Program-made: the position numbers and the translations under genes
Notes under the pieces: generated by a model
Told to the model about the DNA's origin: nothing
What the model saw: the letters and a program-made list of their open reading frames with translations, nothing else
The model's database searches: none
Shown: piece after piece, positions 51,576 through 64,000 of the stretch
Layout of the letters: every line of letters begins with the position of its first letter
Position numbering within the stretch: the stretch's first letter is position 1
NCBI RefSeq assembly: GCF_006345805.1
Contig: NC_043010.1
Location: 22,692,001-22,756,000, forward strand
Direction: 5' to 3'
DNA from: Octopus sinensis
Taxonomy: Eukaryota
DNA: 64,000 bases

Positions 51576-54500
51576 TGAGAGAGAGAGAGAGAGAGAAAGA
51601 AAGAAAGGAGACTGAGACAAAGAAAGAAAAAAGAAGAAAAACTTAAATGAAAATTGATTCATGCTTATCTTTGTATTGTTTTTAAAATTTTATTTTATTT
51701 TTAATTTTTGTCGTTATTATTTTAAATTATTTTATATTTGATATTTGTCTGCCCTTTTTTGTTTTAATTTTCAACCGATTTTTCTCTTTGTTCTTTTGTT
51801 TTTTTTTGTTCCTCTTTTTCTTTTCAATTTGTTTGTTTTATTTTGTTTTGTTCTATTTTGTTCCATTGTTTGATTGTTTTATTTTAAAGATATTATTATT
51901 ATTATTATTAAACTTTGAAGAAAGAATTATACAATGAATTGTTCTCAAAGTTCATCAATCCCCCCTCCTACTTATTATTTTTAATCATTATTATTATCAA
52001 TTATTAAAACAAATAAATAAATAAATTAAATTAAAATATTGAAAAATATATAAGTTCATACTTATTTCATTAGCTGGCTAATATAATTGTTGACCTTAAC
52101 TTATGTTGACCTGAACTTATTTATTCATATCTAAAACACAAACTAGAAAAATACAACCCACCCCCTGGCTACAATCGAAATATATATATATATATATACA
52201 TATATATAAAACCATATTTAGTATAGAATAAAACAGGGGTTAGTTTAAGTTATTTTATTATGAAATCATAAATTCCATAAGTTATACACGTGTTTCAGTA
52301 CTACTATGTTATGGTGAAATTGTTATGATTCGTATACTTATTTGTTTATTGAAAGAGATAGGCAAGAAAGACGGTTTTTTTTAGTGATAATCAATGCTCC
52401 AACATCACTCATTTGTTGGTTTTAACTATTCCTAAGATTATATTATAATTGTGCTACTGTTCTGCTTTTGTTGTCTAACACAGAACTTTCTGGCTGAGAG
52501 AGGTTTAGAAGCAACTGTAACAAGTTAAGCTGTTGTTAAGAAGCAATCATGTTATTGCTTTGTTACCATCAATTCTGCTTGTATAATTCCTGTAACACAG
52601 TACTTTCTGGTTTAGGCATTCGAAAAATGCTAGTCCATCATTCCTTGTCTGAAGATTGTTTTATGTATAATTAATTTGTTTGCAGACAGTTCTAGAATTG
52701 CTAATGAAAAACAGAATTTTCTGAATAAAATGTTAAAAATGAGCTCAATATCTAACAGACCCCGTTACGTGAAGACAGTTTTGGAATTTTCAGGGTTTTT
52801 AAAAACATTTTAAAGTAGTTTATGACTTTGATTTGTTCAAACAGGCTGTATTAGGATACTGCATATACAGAGATACCTATTATGATACAGGTCCAGCACC
52901 TACTATAGTATGGAGTCGGCTGATACTATAGTACATAGTTGGATGATATGTCTTATATTCTAGGAATGCATTTGTATACCCAGTACCTCCATTTGGAAGC
53001 TTTAATTTTGTGGTTATGTAACTTTAGCCACCTCTGCTTAAAGACAGCTAGGGTATCGAGGTGGCTAGCAGATTGAACCCTTTGTGAAAGTGATCCTTTA
53101 GGTTCTGTTCTGGGAGTTTGAAGTGTATGATTCTTTGTTGTTGGATTTACACTGCCAGATCTTTCTGCAGAAGGCCTATTGTGCAAGAGTTGCTGTTACA
53201 AAGTGGTTAAAAGCACTAAAACATCTCACAATTAAATATTACACTCTACAATGTATGGACTGAATTACTTTGTCTGAGTAAATTTCCAATGAAGACAATT
53301 TTAGGGTTAAAAATGTGAAATTAAAAGTACACAGCCAGTAAAAGAACGGATATGATCTTCAATTCCATTTTGATCCTCAGTAAGGCCAGTGTACCTGAAG
53401 TGCGTACTTTTATATTCAAAAATGCACACCTGTATAAACACGAAAACTATGGTGTCGTATTGACTAAAAGGATGTATAGTGTTGGTTAGTTAAACGTTAT
53501 GTAACAGCATTTGACATATTCCAGTTTGTGTATATAAATGTATTTCGACTCGTAGTGGAGAACGTAAAAGAAGGAAAGGTTAAGGCCCTTGATCAGTAAC
53601 TGGTTGTTCATCCAGTGAGGAAGATATGAAGAGATATGTTCTGTGGGTCAGTTTTGCTTGAGCTTCGTTTGATTGGCATTGTAGCTGTAGTCACCACGTC
53701 TTGATGGAGGATTTTATCCTATTCTAAGATTTAGGGATATAACTAAGATATGAAGGTGTCACTAAAAAATGCTGTTAACATGGGGTGTTAGTTGAGGGAA
53801 ATCCTGACAGTATTGTGGTACAAGTTCATAGAGTCACAATTACTGACTTGAGGCAGTAGCAAGAACTGAGAGTCTTGCTAAATGTTCAATGTATATAAAA
53901 TGTGTGTGTGAGACTTGGATAGTGACTAAAATCTTAGTTTGAATTAATATATAAATACATATTCAATTTTAAAGATTTTATGAAATCTAATTTACATATA
54001 TGGCAATTATTTAAATAAAAATCTATTTATATATCTTTTTTTTTATTATTTATATTAGAATCTTTCATTTCCTCGACCTTTTGGATCAATAAAATAAAGT
54101 ACTAATCAAGTACTACAGTTGATATAATTGACTGCTCCCCTTCCCTTAGAATTCTGGCCTTGTACTCAATAATTCTCATTTTAGGTATGAAAGTCACTTT
54201 TTATTTTAATAGAAAAAGAAATGTTGTTTTCTCATTCAATAGCTTTCCTATTTGCTCTGCGACTTGAAATTAATGTTGCCAATATCACACCTAGAAGTTA
54301 TTTATGGAATCTATTTTTTGGGGGTTGAAACTCATTTCTTTTTTATTTGAGCATGAAGGCTGGAGTTATAAATGAAGGGAAAACTATGTTTTATGGCATC
54401 TCTCATGCCTTTCCCTTACAGTGAGGTATAAGAATATCTTTTCAAATATTCTCGTTCGTAGTAATCTGATGTTGACCATGCAAAGGACCAAAACGTGAAG

Positions 54501-56278
54501 TGCATGCAAGTGAAACACAAAGTCACGCACACAGAAATATACGTGTACATCTGTGATTTCATTTGCCTTCTATGAAAGTTGTTCACTGTGAGTGGTGTTG
54601 TTATTGTTGTTGTCAGGTCTCAAATGATCTGCTCACGTCATGCTTCCAAAAGACATGTGAAATGAGAGATCCGTTACTTGTGAAAAGGAAAAAAGAAAAG
54701 GAAGGGTTAGTGACAGGAAGGACATCCAGCTGTAAAATAATGCCTCAGTATATCTCACCCGTACTAGTATGGGAAAATAAAGGGAACATAAAAACGAAAA
54801 AACACAGATTTACACTCACACATATTATATACATATGCGTGTGTATATATATTCCTTTCTGCATGTTGTTGATGCTTATTGCTAAACCTCGCAAGTTGGA
54901 GATGGAAAAAGTGTTATCAACTTTATTGAGACATGGAATTCGGAGTTAGTGATATGCCACCACCACTCTCGCCATCGCCATCATAAATAGTAATAATATC
55001 AATAATGTATAACAACCAGCTATAATGAGGCAGATGTATGGCTTATGATACAGTATGTTATATTTGTTGATGTTATCAATCGCTATTGAGCAGAATCTCT
55101 CACCTGCCTATCACACCTGCCAACCCCATAATGTCATAAAATAAAAAAAAAAAATTAATCTGTGTCCTCTCAAGAAGCAGAAGAAAATCCTATTTTCGTT
55201 TTGGTTTTTTTTTTATATATAATTTTAAAATTTTAATTATTTTTTTCATTTTCACGTGTGCTAAACTTGCGCCTATCAGATGTTCCTGTCCATACCGTTA
55301 ATGCATTAATTAATTAATAAAAAAACTCACCGAAAATATATTTAAAAGCTAAAAGAAAACCCACAAAAATATAAGTATGCTGCTGGTGTGCCCTTTGTTT
55401 TTTTATATATTGTTTCAGGCAGAGCCCTTTACTAGAGGATAAATGCTGACCCTTTGGGATTACATTTTATTTTGATTAATAACAGTTCAGAAAAGCAAAT
55501 GTTCGTGTCTGTGTGTGTGTGTGTGCATGCGTGTGTGTGTGTGTGTGCGTGCGTGTGTGTGTGCGTGCATTGCTGGGAGATAAAAGCAATTATTGTAATG
55601 TTTAAGGGGCAGGACCCCTCGTTGCAGAAGTAAATATTTTCTTTAGGCACACCATCAGTTCCATTATAAACTAGTACTGCCCGTGTCAATGCCAGTTGGA
55701 GATAGGGAAGTCGCTTGATCAGCTCTAGATAGTAGCCAAAGTTCCCTCAAAAATAGCACCCTAATGTCTTCAGAGATGACATGATACGAATTATTTAAAC
55801 TACAGATATACAAAAAAATAGGAAAAAATAAATAAAAAGGTGACCAGCTCAACAGTGGAATGCTTTCATGATAAGGTCTGTGCAGTAATCAGGCAAACAT
55901 GGAAAGTAAACTATTAGTGTGCCGCCACCACATGTAGCCTCGTCAGTCTTTAGTGCTTTTAATGCTGCGTTTCAAGTGTATAGCCAGTCGTTTATTCTAC
56001 GTCCACAAATACAGATGAGCAAATGAGCAATTGTTTTGAGAGATGCTGAGGTAGTGTAGTGTGCAAGTCAGGAGAAGAGGTGAACAGATGCATATATGAT
56101 ATATATATATGTGTGTGTAAAAATATACGTGTGTGTGTGACCTTGAATGCTCCAGTCTCTCCTTGTTTTCCTTACTGTGACTTTTCCCTTGGACAAAGTT
56201 ATTCCTTTAGCACTCGGTTTCACTGTTCTTGATTAAAACCTGGGTTGTCTTTTCATATACATATACATACACCCATAC

Positions 56279-56342
<64 letters not shown>

Positions 56343-56463
56343 GTATGTATATACATGTATATGTACACGCATACACTATACCTGATTATTTTCTGACATT
56401 GCTAACATTTCGACCTTGATCTGGTTGTATCATTAGATTATCTTCACTGACTTTATCATACCA

Positions 56464-56510
<47 letters not shown>

Positions 56511-57577
56511 TTGAATATATATATATATATATATATATGCTTGAATATCAAATAATATAACTAAACCAGGTATTATTTGTTGGCCTGCCTTATTTAATAA
56601 TCTGGTATGGTATCAATATTGAATACTGACAACTTTTAAAATATGTTAACACACAACAATACCATCGACTGGCCTGGTATTTCATATGAAAATTACTGCT
56701 GTGAAACTTTCGACACATGACACCTGCACAATTCCTTACCAATTCAAAGGATGTGATATGATTATTTGAAGTCTTCTAATCTGACAAATGAATATCAATA
56801 CAAAACAACCAAACTTGGAAGATGTTGTTTCCAATTATCTCAAAAATGTACCTTGGAGTTCCATGTATTTCCGACGACAAACGCATTCATTTGAAGTCCG
56901 CGTGTTACTAAGGCAAAATTTATCTTTACTTCTCAGCCTTGTTTCATCTTTAAAAAATTACCCCATTTTTTGAATACGTTTTAATACTGCAAGGAATCAA
57001 TGTATTGCCCTTGGAAGGAAAAAAAATGGCAAATATATATATGTCTATATCATTCTCTCTCTTTCTCGCTCTCCCAAGATACATATAATCTTAAGGAATA
57101 TAATCTTCTCTCGGCAAGAAAAGAATGAAATATTGTCATATTTTTGATGGCTCCTTCTTCATATTTTCAATTTTACTTTTAATCATCTGGACAGAGATTC
57201 TGCGAGATTACAGGGGGAAAAATGAAAGAAAAAGGAAACTTATGAAATGGTAAAATGATAGAAAGAAAGAAGACAAAAAAATTGAAGACAGTTTGTTCTG
57301 AACTTGGTAAACAGTCGATATATGTATCTGAGTGACTCTTATTAACAGAAATGTGGATTCTTTGTGATTGTATCCGAAGTGAATAATTAATAAAGACTTT
57401 ATATATTTTTAATCTTTTAAAACCAGAACAAGAATAAGAACAACAAAACTAAGACAGTAATATCATCAACAAAATATGTTTGATATTCTTAACATTTCTT
57501 CACATTTGTTGCTATGATCGATTAAGAAAAAAAATGCAAAAAAAAAATAATAATATAAAAAAACAATTATGATAATG

Positions 57578-57609
<32 letters not shown>

Positions 57610-58834
57610 TCGAGGCAGGACGACTAAGCAACTCATTCAAATCTTTAGTCATTTCTGAAGAAGAACAAAAATTTTTTGGAACTTGGAAAAGATGTGTTTG
57701 GAACAGTTGTGGTGAGGGAGGAGATATCCTGGGTAGGATTTCAGAAATGACTACAGAATTTCATTGTTAATAATTGCTAAACTAAAAGAGAAAAAAATCA
57801 ACAAAATACGAAACTCTCTCTCTCTCTCTCTCTCTTCCGTTTCTATCCATGTGTCATTGTTCCAGTTTTTCTCTTGTGTTCTTTGCTTTTACCATGATGA
57901 TGATTCTCTTTTATGTCTTCTTATTTCCGTTTATCTTTTGATTTGGTTTAAGATGGCCACTACAAACTCATAAATGTCTTTTTTTCCTTTAATATTCCGG
58001 CAGAAGAAAAAAAAACCCTCAACAACAACAACAGCATCAAAACATTAACTGATTTATTTATTTATTGTTTTTAATATTATTTTCAAACAAAATCTTGCAT
58101 GGCCTAAAGTTATAGATTAAGAGAATATCGAAGCAGTTTACCAAATCTTAGAAAACCAAGAAATACGAAACAAATGACAGGACATTTTGAATAAGAATGG
58201 GAAAAAAATGGTAATATAAAAATAAATAAAATTTAAATAAACCAACAAATAATAATAATAGTTATAATAAATTATTTTAATACCTTATTGTAGTTTGGTT
58301 CCCTCTAAATTGTGGTTCGTTAAAACGAATAGGACAGTTTTTATTCGTCCTAAGAATTGTATATTTTGAACTAATGCTTACGTCAAATAACAACGTCATT
58401 AAATACTGAAAGCAGAAAAGAATGAAAAAAGAATCCTGGGTCTTTAAATTGAAACCTTACCCAGAACCAACAAAATTATGAGATCAATTAATAGAAAATT
58501 TCCCCAAAAATTTAGCAAAATAAAAATGGAAAGATAAAAGGAAAAAAAAACTTAATATTTGTGAATTCCATTAGATTACGAATGTGCTCTTTGTAATCAA
58601 CTTAGCTACATTGCGAAAATAAGGAATATAAGACAACTCCTCTCTCTATCTCTCCCTCTCTCTAATTTGTGATGACAAATAGTGGTGTCGTTTTTCCTTT
58701 CGTTTTTTTTTTCTCTGAAAAATTCCAAAGACTCATTGCTTGACTCACCATCAACAGTAGACATAGGTGTGAAAATATTTTTGCAACCAACTGTATTCCC
58801 CCCTCTCCCCACGTATAACAATTATTATTATTTA

Positions 58835-59048
58835 AGGCGGTGAGCTGGCAGAATCGTTGGCACGCCGGGCGAAATGCTTAGCAGTAGTTCGTCTGCCGCT
58901 GCGTTCTGAGTTCAAATTCCGCCGAGGTTGACTTTGCCTCTCATCCTTTCAGGGTCGATAAAATAAGTACCAGTTGAATACTGGGATCGAATTTATCGAC
59001 TTGTCCCTTCCCTACAAAATTTCGGGCCTTGTCCCTATAATAGAAAGA
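58835..59048 (+). mobile_element. SINE family C, full length
   Basis: AAGGCGGTGAGCTGGCAGAATCGTTGGCACGCCGGGCGAAATGCTTAGC...GAGTTCAAATTCCGCCGAGG...TTTCGGGCCTTGTCCCTATAATAGAAAG. Confidence 0.85.
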
Positions 59049-59466
59049 AATATTCTTTTCTTCAAATAAAAATTTTGAAATAAACATAAAAATTATGAGA
59101 AAGATGTAGAAAAAATCAAAATATTTTGAAATTAACAGACACTAGCCTGGAATACAACAAGAAAAAAAAACAAAAAAACAACACAAAAGGCAATTTGGTT
59201 TCACTCCCCTTCCTAGTGAACTCTTCTTTTTGCTACATGATGGAGTATAACAAACTATTATAGACTTGTTAAAAATTTCTTTGACAGTATTTTTGTTTGT
59301 TTGTTTCAAGGCGTTTTCAGTAACATGGAAACCTCATTGAATAACTTAACTTGTATATGCTTCTTCTGTTTTTTTTCTTTTTTTTTCTTTCTTCTCTCAG
59401 CCAGTGTCTGTGATGAAAGTGTACATGGCTATTTTACACATATATGTGTGAATGTGTGTGCATAAT

Positions 59467-59530
<64 letters not shown>

Positions 59531-59534
<4 letters not shown>

Positions 59535-59586
59535 TTCTCCACATGGCCGCAGTTAAATGACTGAAAGAAGTAAGATAATTAATATC

Positions 59587-59676
<90 letters not shown>

Positions 59677-59750
59677 CTATATATATATATATATGCGGTT
59701 CTCCACATGGCCGCAGTTAAATGACTGAAAGAAGTAAGATAATTAATATC

Positions 59751-59760
<10 letters not shown>
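59531..59760 (+). repeat. Direct duplication of a ~70-bp SINE-tail fragment, separated by (TA)n
   Basis: GCGGTTCTCCACATGGCCGCAGTTAAATGACTGAAAGAAGTAAGATAATTAATATCATATATATACAT is identical at 59531 and 59695. Confidence 0.9.
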
Positions 59761-59805
<45 letters not shown>

Positions 59806-61103
59806 ATATATGTGTATATATTAATATGTGGTAATATATAAATATGACATATATATATAATGCGTGTGTGTGTGTGTGTGTGTGCATCTGTCACAAAATA
59901 TCAGCATTCTATTACGCGTTGCGTATGGAAGGGTTTGTCAAAATTCGAAAATTTATCTCTCTCTCTTTCTCTATCTCTATCTATCTTTCTATCTGTCAAT
60001 TTATCTTTCTTTCGGCCTCCCTAAACTAGGAATTCATATTGTTATTAAACTAGGCAGCAAATTATGCAAAATGAATCTAGTGAAGAATTTCAAAATTATA
60101 AGGCTTGGGGTAAATTCTAAGATGCGAAATACCTGTGGTGAAATTTTCATTTTTTTCCTTCCTTTTATTTTTAGGTTGTTGCCAAACTTCGAATTGCTAC
60201 CGAACTAAATCGCACCCCCACACTCTCCCCCTCTTTCTCTGTCCCGCCTGTCTCTGTCATATGTATATATGGCATATGGATAAATAAATACCTCTTAGGA
60301 ACATTTCTTTAGAGCTGCACCCTAAATTTTCTAAGTAAGTATGTAAACAAAATGAAAGTAAAGAGCAGTTCGAAATCTTCGATTGTAACGAAAACATATA
60401 TTTCAATTATTATAGGGAAATTTACAATTTTATTTTTGCAATGTGCAAAACTTTACACAAAGAAAAATAGGAAAAAGCCCAAAGTTTTTCATTGAAAAAT
60501 AATAAGTTTTCTTGAAAAAATCTTCAGAAAGGAACTAATTTTTAAAATATATTCATTTGAATTATTTCAGTGTTTCAGAGAAGAGAGAGAGAGGAGGGAT
60601 AAATAATTTTAAAAATAGTTTTTTAATACTTTCAGTTTTATCGAAAAGTTTGACAACGTACATCTGTCCAATATTGCGAATCCTTTATGATTTACGTATG
60701 TACATATAAAAAGACGAAATGGCATTTAAACTTACAGACAGCCAATAAGAACAATAATATGCATTTCTGGTCTTTAAATAGCATATCTAGAGTTTATATA
60801 TTAATTATAATATTTATATTTACTTTGTGCTGTGATAGGTTTTATATCCAGTCGTCATCAGGTGTCTTCATTCTGGATGAATTTATATATCGTTTCCCAG
60901 CTTGAATCTGATATAGAACCCTTTATTTTCTATCCTAAGGATAATCAGAAATTATACAAATACAAATAATTGAGCCGTAGATATAAATACTGAATTTTTT
61001 CCCTAAATGTAGCGTTAATAAACCTTAAAATTAATCTTATTAACGCTCCTTTATCTCAGATATTATTAACAGCCACTTATCTGAAGCGGTTAACTTAAAG
61101 ATG

Positions 61104-61176
<73 letters not shown>

Positions 61177-62032
61177 ATCTAGTCTGTTTAGTCTTTAGCT
61201 CTATCTCTAACGTTAGAAAGGATTTAATCGAGGGATTACCTTCATCTTAGAACTTTAGATTTCAGATTAATGAACGTGGAAAAAGGGCCAGATTATATAT
61301 ATGTGTGTGTGTATGTATACATACATATATATATAAACACACATATACATATATGTATGTATATGTGTATATATAAGTTCTCTTTAATTTAATGTGTTGC
61401 TGCAATGTCAGGAAGTAGTACTTAGTGTTTAAAAGGAGAAATTCTTATCCTTTTAGTAAAGATATTCTGTGTTCCGTTTCGTTAGAGTGCTGTATTATTC
61501 TCTCTTGACCTTGAAACAATGAAAACTTTCCTTTCTCGAGGAAAGAACTGAAAAGCAGAAAAAAAATAAGACATGATCTTTTACTTCCGCTGGATTTCGA
61601 ATTTACTCTAAGGCTTGTGGTCTAACTCCTTGCTTTGGAAAGATCTATTTAGTGACCCAGCATACCGGAAAGCATATTGCGGGGATTTTGATAGGGCAAT
61701 CTGTGTGCATCTCTGCAGACATTTCTTTCTTTTAAGCCTTCAGCATTGTGTGTGTGTTTAACGTTCTGTTTTGTCATCCACAAGCATAATCAATCTATAC
61801 AGTGTGGTTAACTAAGGGTGATGATAAATATATATACATGTATGTATATATATTGTATATCTATGTGTATGTATGTATATATACGTATATCTGTGTATAT
61901 ATGTATATGTGTATATATATGTGTGTATATATATATATATGTATATATATTATATACATATAAATGTATATATATGTATGTGTATATATATATGCGTATC
62001 TATATTTATATATATACGTATATATATATATG

Positions 62033-62079
<47 letters not shown>

Positions 62080-62085
62080 GTATAA

Positions 62086-62128
<43 letters not shown>

Positions 62129-63479
62129 TATAAATATATATGATAGAACTGACGACTCGTTCTAAGTGATATGGAGAATGTTTCCAACGACCAATTATCT
62201 TCGTAGTTAAAAGCTCTCGTTTTTAGAGAGAAAGGAAGAGAGAGTGAAAATTACGCAAAATTCATGATAGGAATTTAAACGCGACAATCTACTTTTGCGT
62301 ATCGCGTGTTGTTTTAAGAATTTATAAAATAACCGATTCGTTTATCGGATATTCTGATTTTGAAAAACCTGATTCATCATGAATTCCAAGCCGTCTTGGA
62401 GCCAATTGTTTGGATACGTCTTTCAAGCATGATTCGTATTCAAGAAGTTTGTCAGATGAAGTATCTCGTTGACAAAATTTCAGCTATAATTTTCGTGGTT
62501 GTCGTGGTGGAACTGGATACACAATATTTTAAATTAGTTGATACAAAGAAAGGATCGGAATCGCAGATATCTTTGTGAAAAATCGTATGCTGTCTAAAGC
62601 GACGCAATATCGTTATTCTTTTTTTTTTCAGTTGAAAAGCCATATTTTTTATTTATTTTAATTCCACTTCAAGAAAACTCATTTTTATGAAAAAAAAAAA
62701 AAAGAATCTGAAAATATTCTGCAAAAAGACAAAACGAAACTTTCGGCTTATATGTCTTTAATTACGATGACGACAAATATGTATTAAAATCCCTTCCACC
62801 CCTCTCCCCTCCCTCCCATTTTTTCTGAAAGGAACCATTAATCTTTGACTCTACAAGAGGCACCAGGGAGAATATTTTTTACCCTTCAAACATATTGATA
62901 TTCGTCAAATATATATAAATATAAAAAAAAGAACAGCCAAAATCTTCAAATACCTTGTGGTGTCTTTTAACTTCCATTTGTGCTCATCAAATATGGCTTC
63001 CATTCTAAAAAAGTAAACATCGCATACTATTATTATTATTATTATTATTATTATTACTTTATACTCTTGACGTTCGTGAGTGTGTTCGTGTAATTAGTTG
63101 TGAAATATTTAAACTGAACCACCGGAAATAAACAGAAATGAGAATGGAACAACATTCTTGGACAGAAACTTAAGACAAACGAATATTTATATAAACTCTA
63201 TACGTAGAACAAAACAACTTGGTAACTAAGTCATAACTTGAAAACGAATGTATTTCAAAATAATGGAATGGTTAAATACTTTACAAAGCGCAGGCTTTGA
63301 GGCCTACACTCTCAATTTTATTGAGTTTCACTACTATTAACTACTAATACAACTAATGATACCGCTACGAGACATCGTTGTAGTAGTTTACCAATAGCTA
63401 TAACTTTTCTTCGTCTTCTTGAAGTAATCATATCGGGATCTATGATGAAAAAGAAGTCGAGGAAAAGTGGCTACAATTT

Positions 63480-63960
63480 TTTTTTCACACTTCGAAATAC
63501 TTCCTTTTTAGTAGGAAGTTCGAAAACTGTTGTTGTCTTGGCATTTTAAAAAGTTTCTTGCAGTCAGCTGCGACTGTAAATATCTTTTTGATGTTGAAGA
63601 CTGAAACCCGTATGAAGAAACTAGAAGACATGAGATTAAAATGTCTTTGAAAATTAAGGTTCCCGCTATATTGATATTTTCTGATTGGAAATTCGATTGC
63701 AATTCAAGTCAATGCTTCTAGCATTAAATGCATATAACACGGGCCATTGGTTTACGTGGCCTCGACTGTGTCAAAATAAAATCGCGTTGTAAATTGTCAT
63801 TTTATCTACATGGACACCTACTAAAAGTGGTTTCAATGTCGATATTCAATCTGTATAGTGCAAAGTTACTGTCGCAAAGCGATCTTGCTTCATAAGGAAT
63901 CTTGAAATGCGTAGTGCAGGATCGTGACCAATATAGGCTTTTGTATGTAGAACGAGGTCA
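63480..63960 (-). mobile_element. Possible highly decayed CR1/L2-type LINE coding remnant
   Basis: Scattered minus-strand pieces (LVTILHYAFQ, FSLQHQKD, ADCKKLFK) recall the post-RT region of CR1/L2. Many stops. Confidence 0.25.
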
Positions 63961-64000
63961 CTATTACATACAAACATTCATACTTATACATATATATATA

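Noticed and set aside
59531-59760. Direct repeats with spacers, as a CRISPR-like array (also the SINE cluster at 40385-41632)
   Set aside because: Eukaryotic context, only two units or diverged SINE copies, microsatellite spacers and no cas genes.
62290-62650. CpG-richer unique segment with short open frames (e.g. minus-strand SSDKLLEYESCLKDVSKQLAPRRLG)
   Set aside because: No convincing splice signals or recognisable homology; it cannot be distinguished from chance.
52400-64000. Search for separate exons encoding the missing TMEM145 7TM domain
   Set aside because: No ORF or exon-like segment with TMEM145 transmembrane motifs was recognisable. Small exons or exons outside the window cannot be excluded.

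Overview
Eukaryotic, AT-rich, extremely microsatellite-dense DNA. The tRNA-derived SINE families and repeat landscape suggest an octopod cephalopod (inference; no search was run). About 95% is non-coding: (TA)n/(CA)n/(GATA)n/(AAT)n tracts, at least four SINE-like families (~40 copies), a decayed Penelope-like retroelement with RT, GIY-YIG and a terminal hammerhead ribozyme, two RTE-clade LINE remnants, a palindromic DD41D-type Tc1/mariner derivative, several MITEs (hAT, piggyBac, Tigger-like, foldback), and one 100-N gap. Only one credible host gene is visible: an uninterrupted 425-aa CDS (46982-48259, +). It encodes a signal peptide, an ectodomain closely resembling the N-terminal GOLD-like domain of TMEM145/GPR180, a single transmembrane helix instead of the family's 7TM domain, and a cytoplasmic tail with paired tyrosine motifs, a PPxY motif, a Gln-rich tetrapeptide repeat and a PDZ-like end. 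This apparent conversion of a GOLD-7TM protein into a single-pass receptor or adaptor is the best candidate for an undescribed system. Nearly all other ORFs in the track are microsatellite or SINE artefacts.
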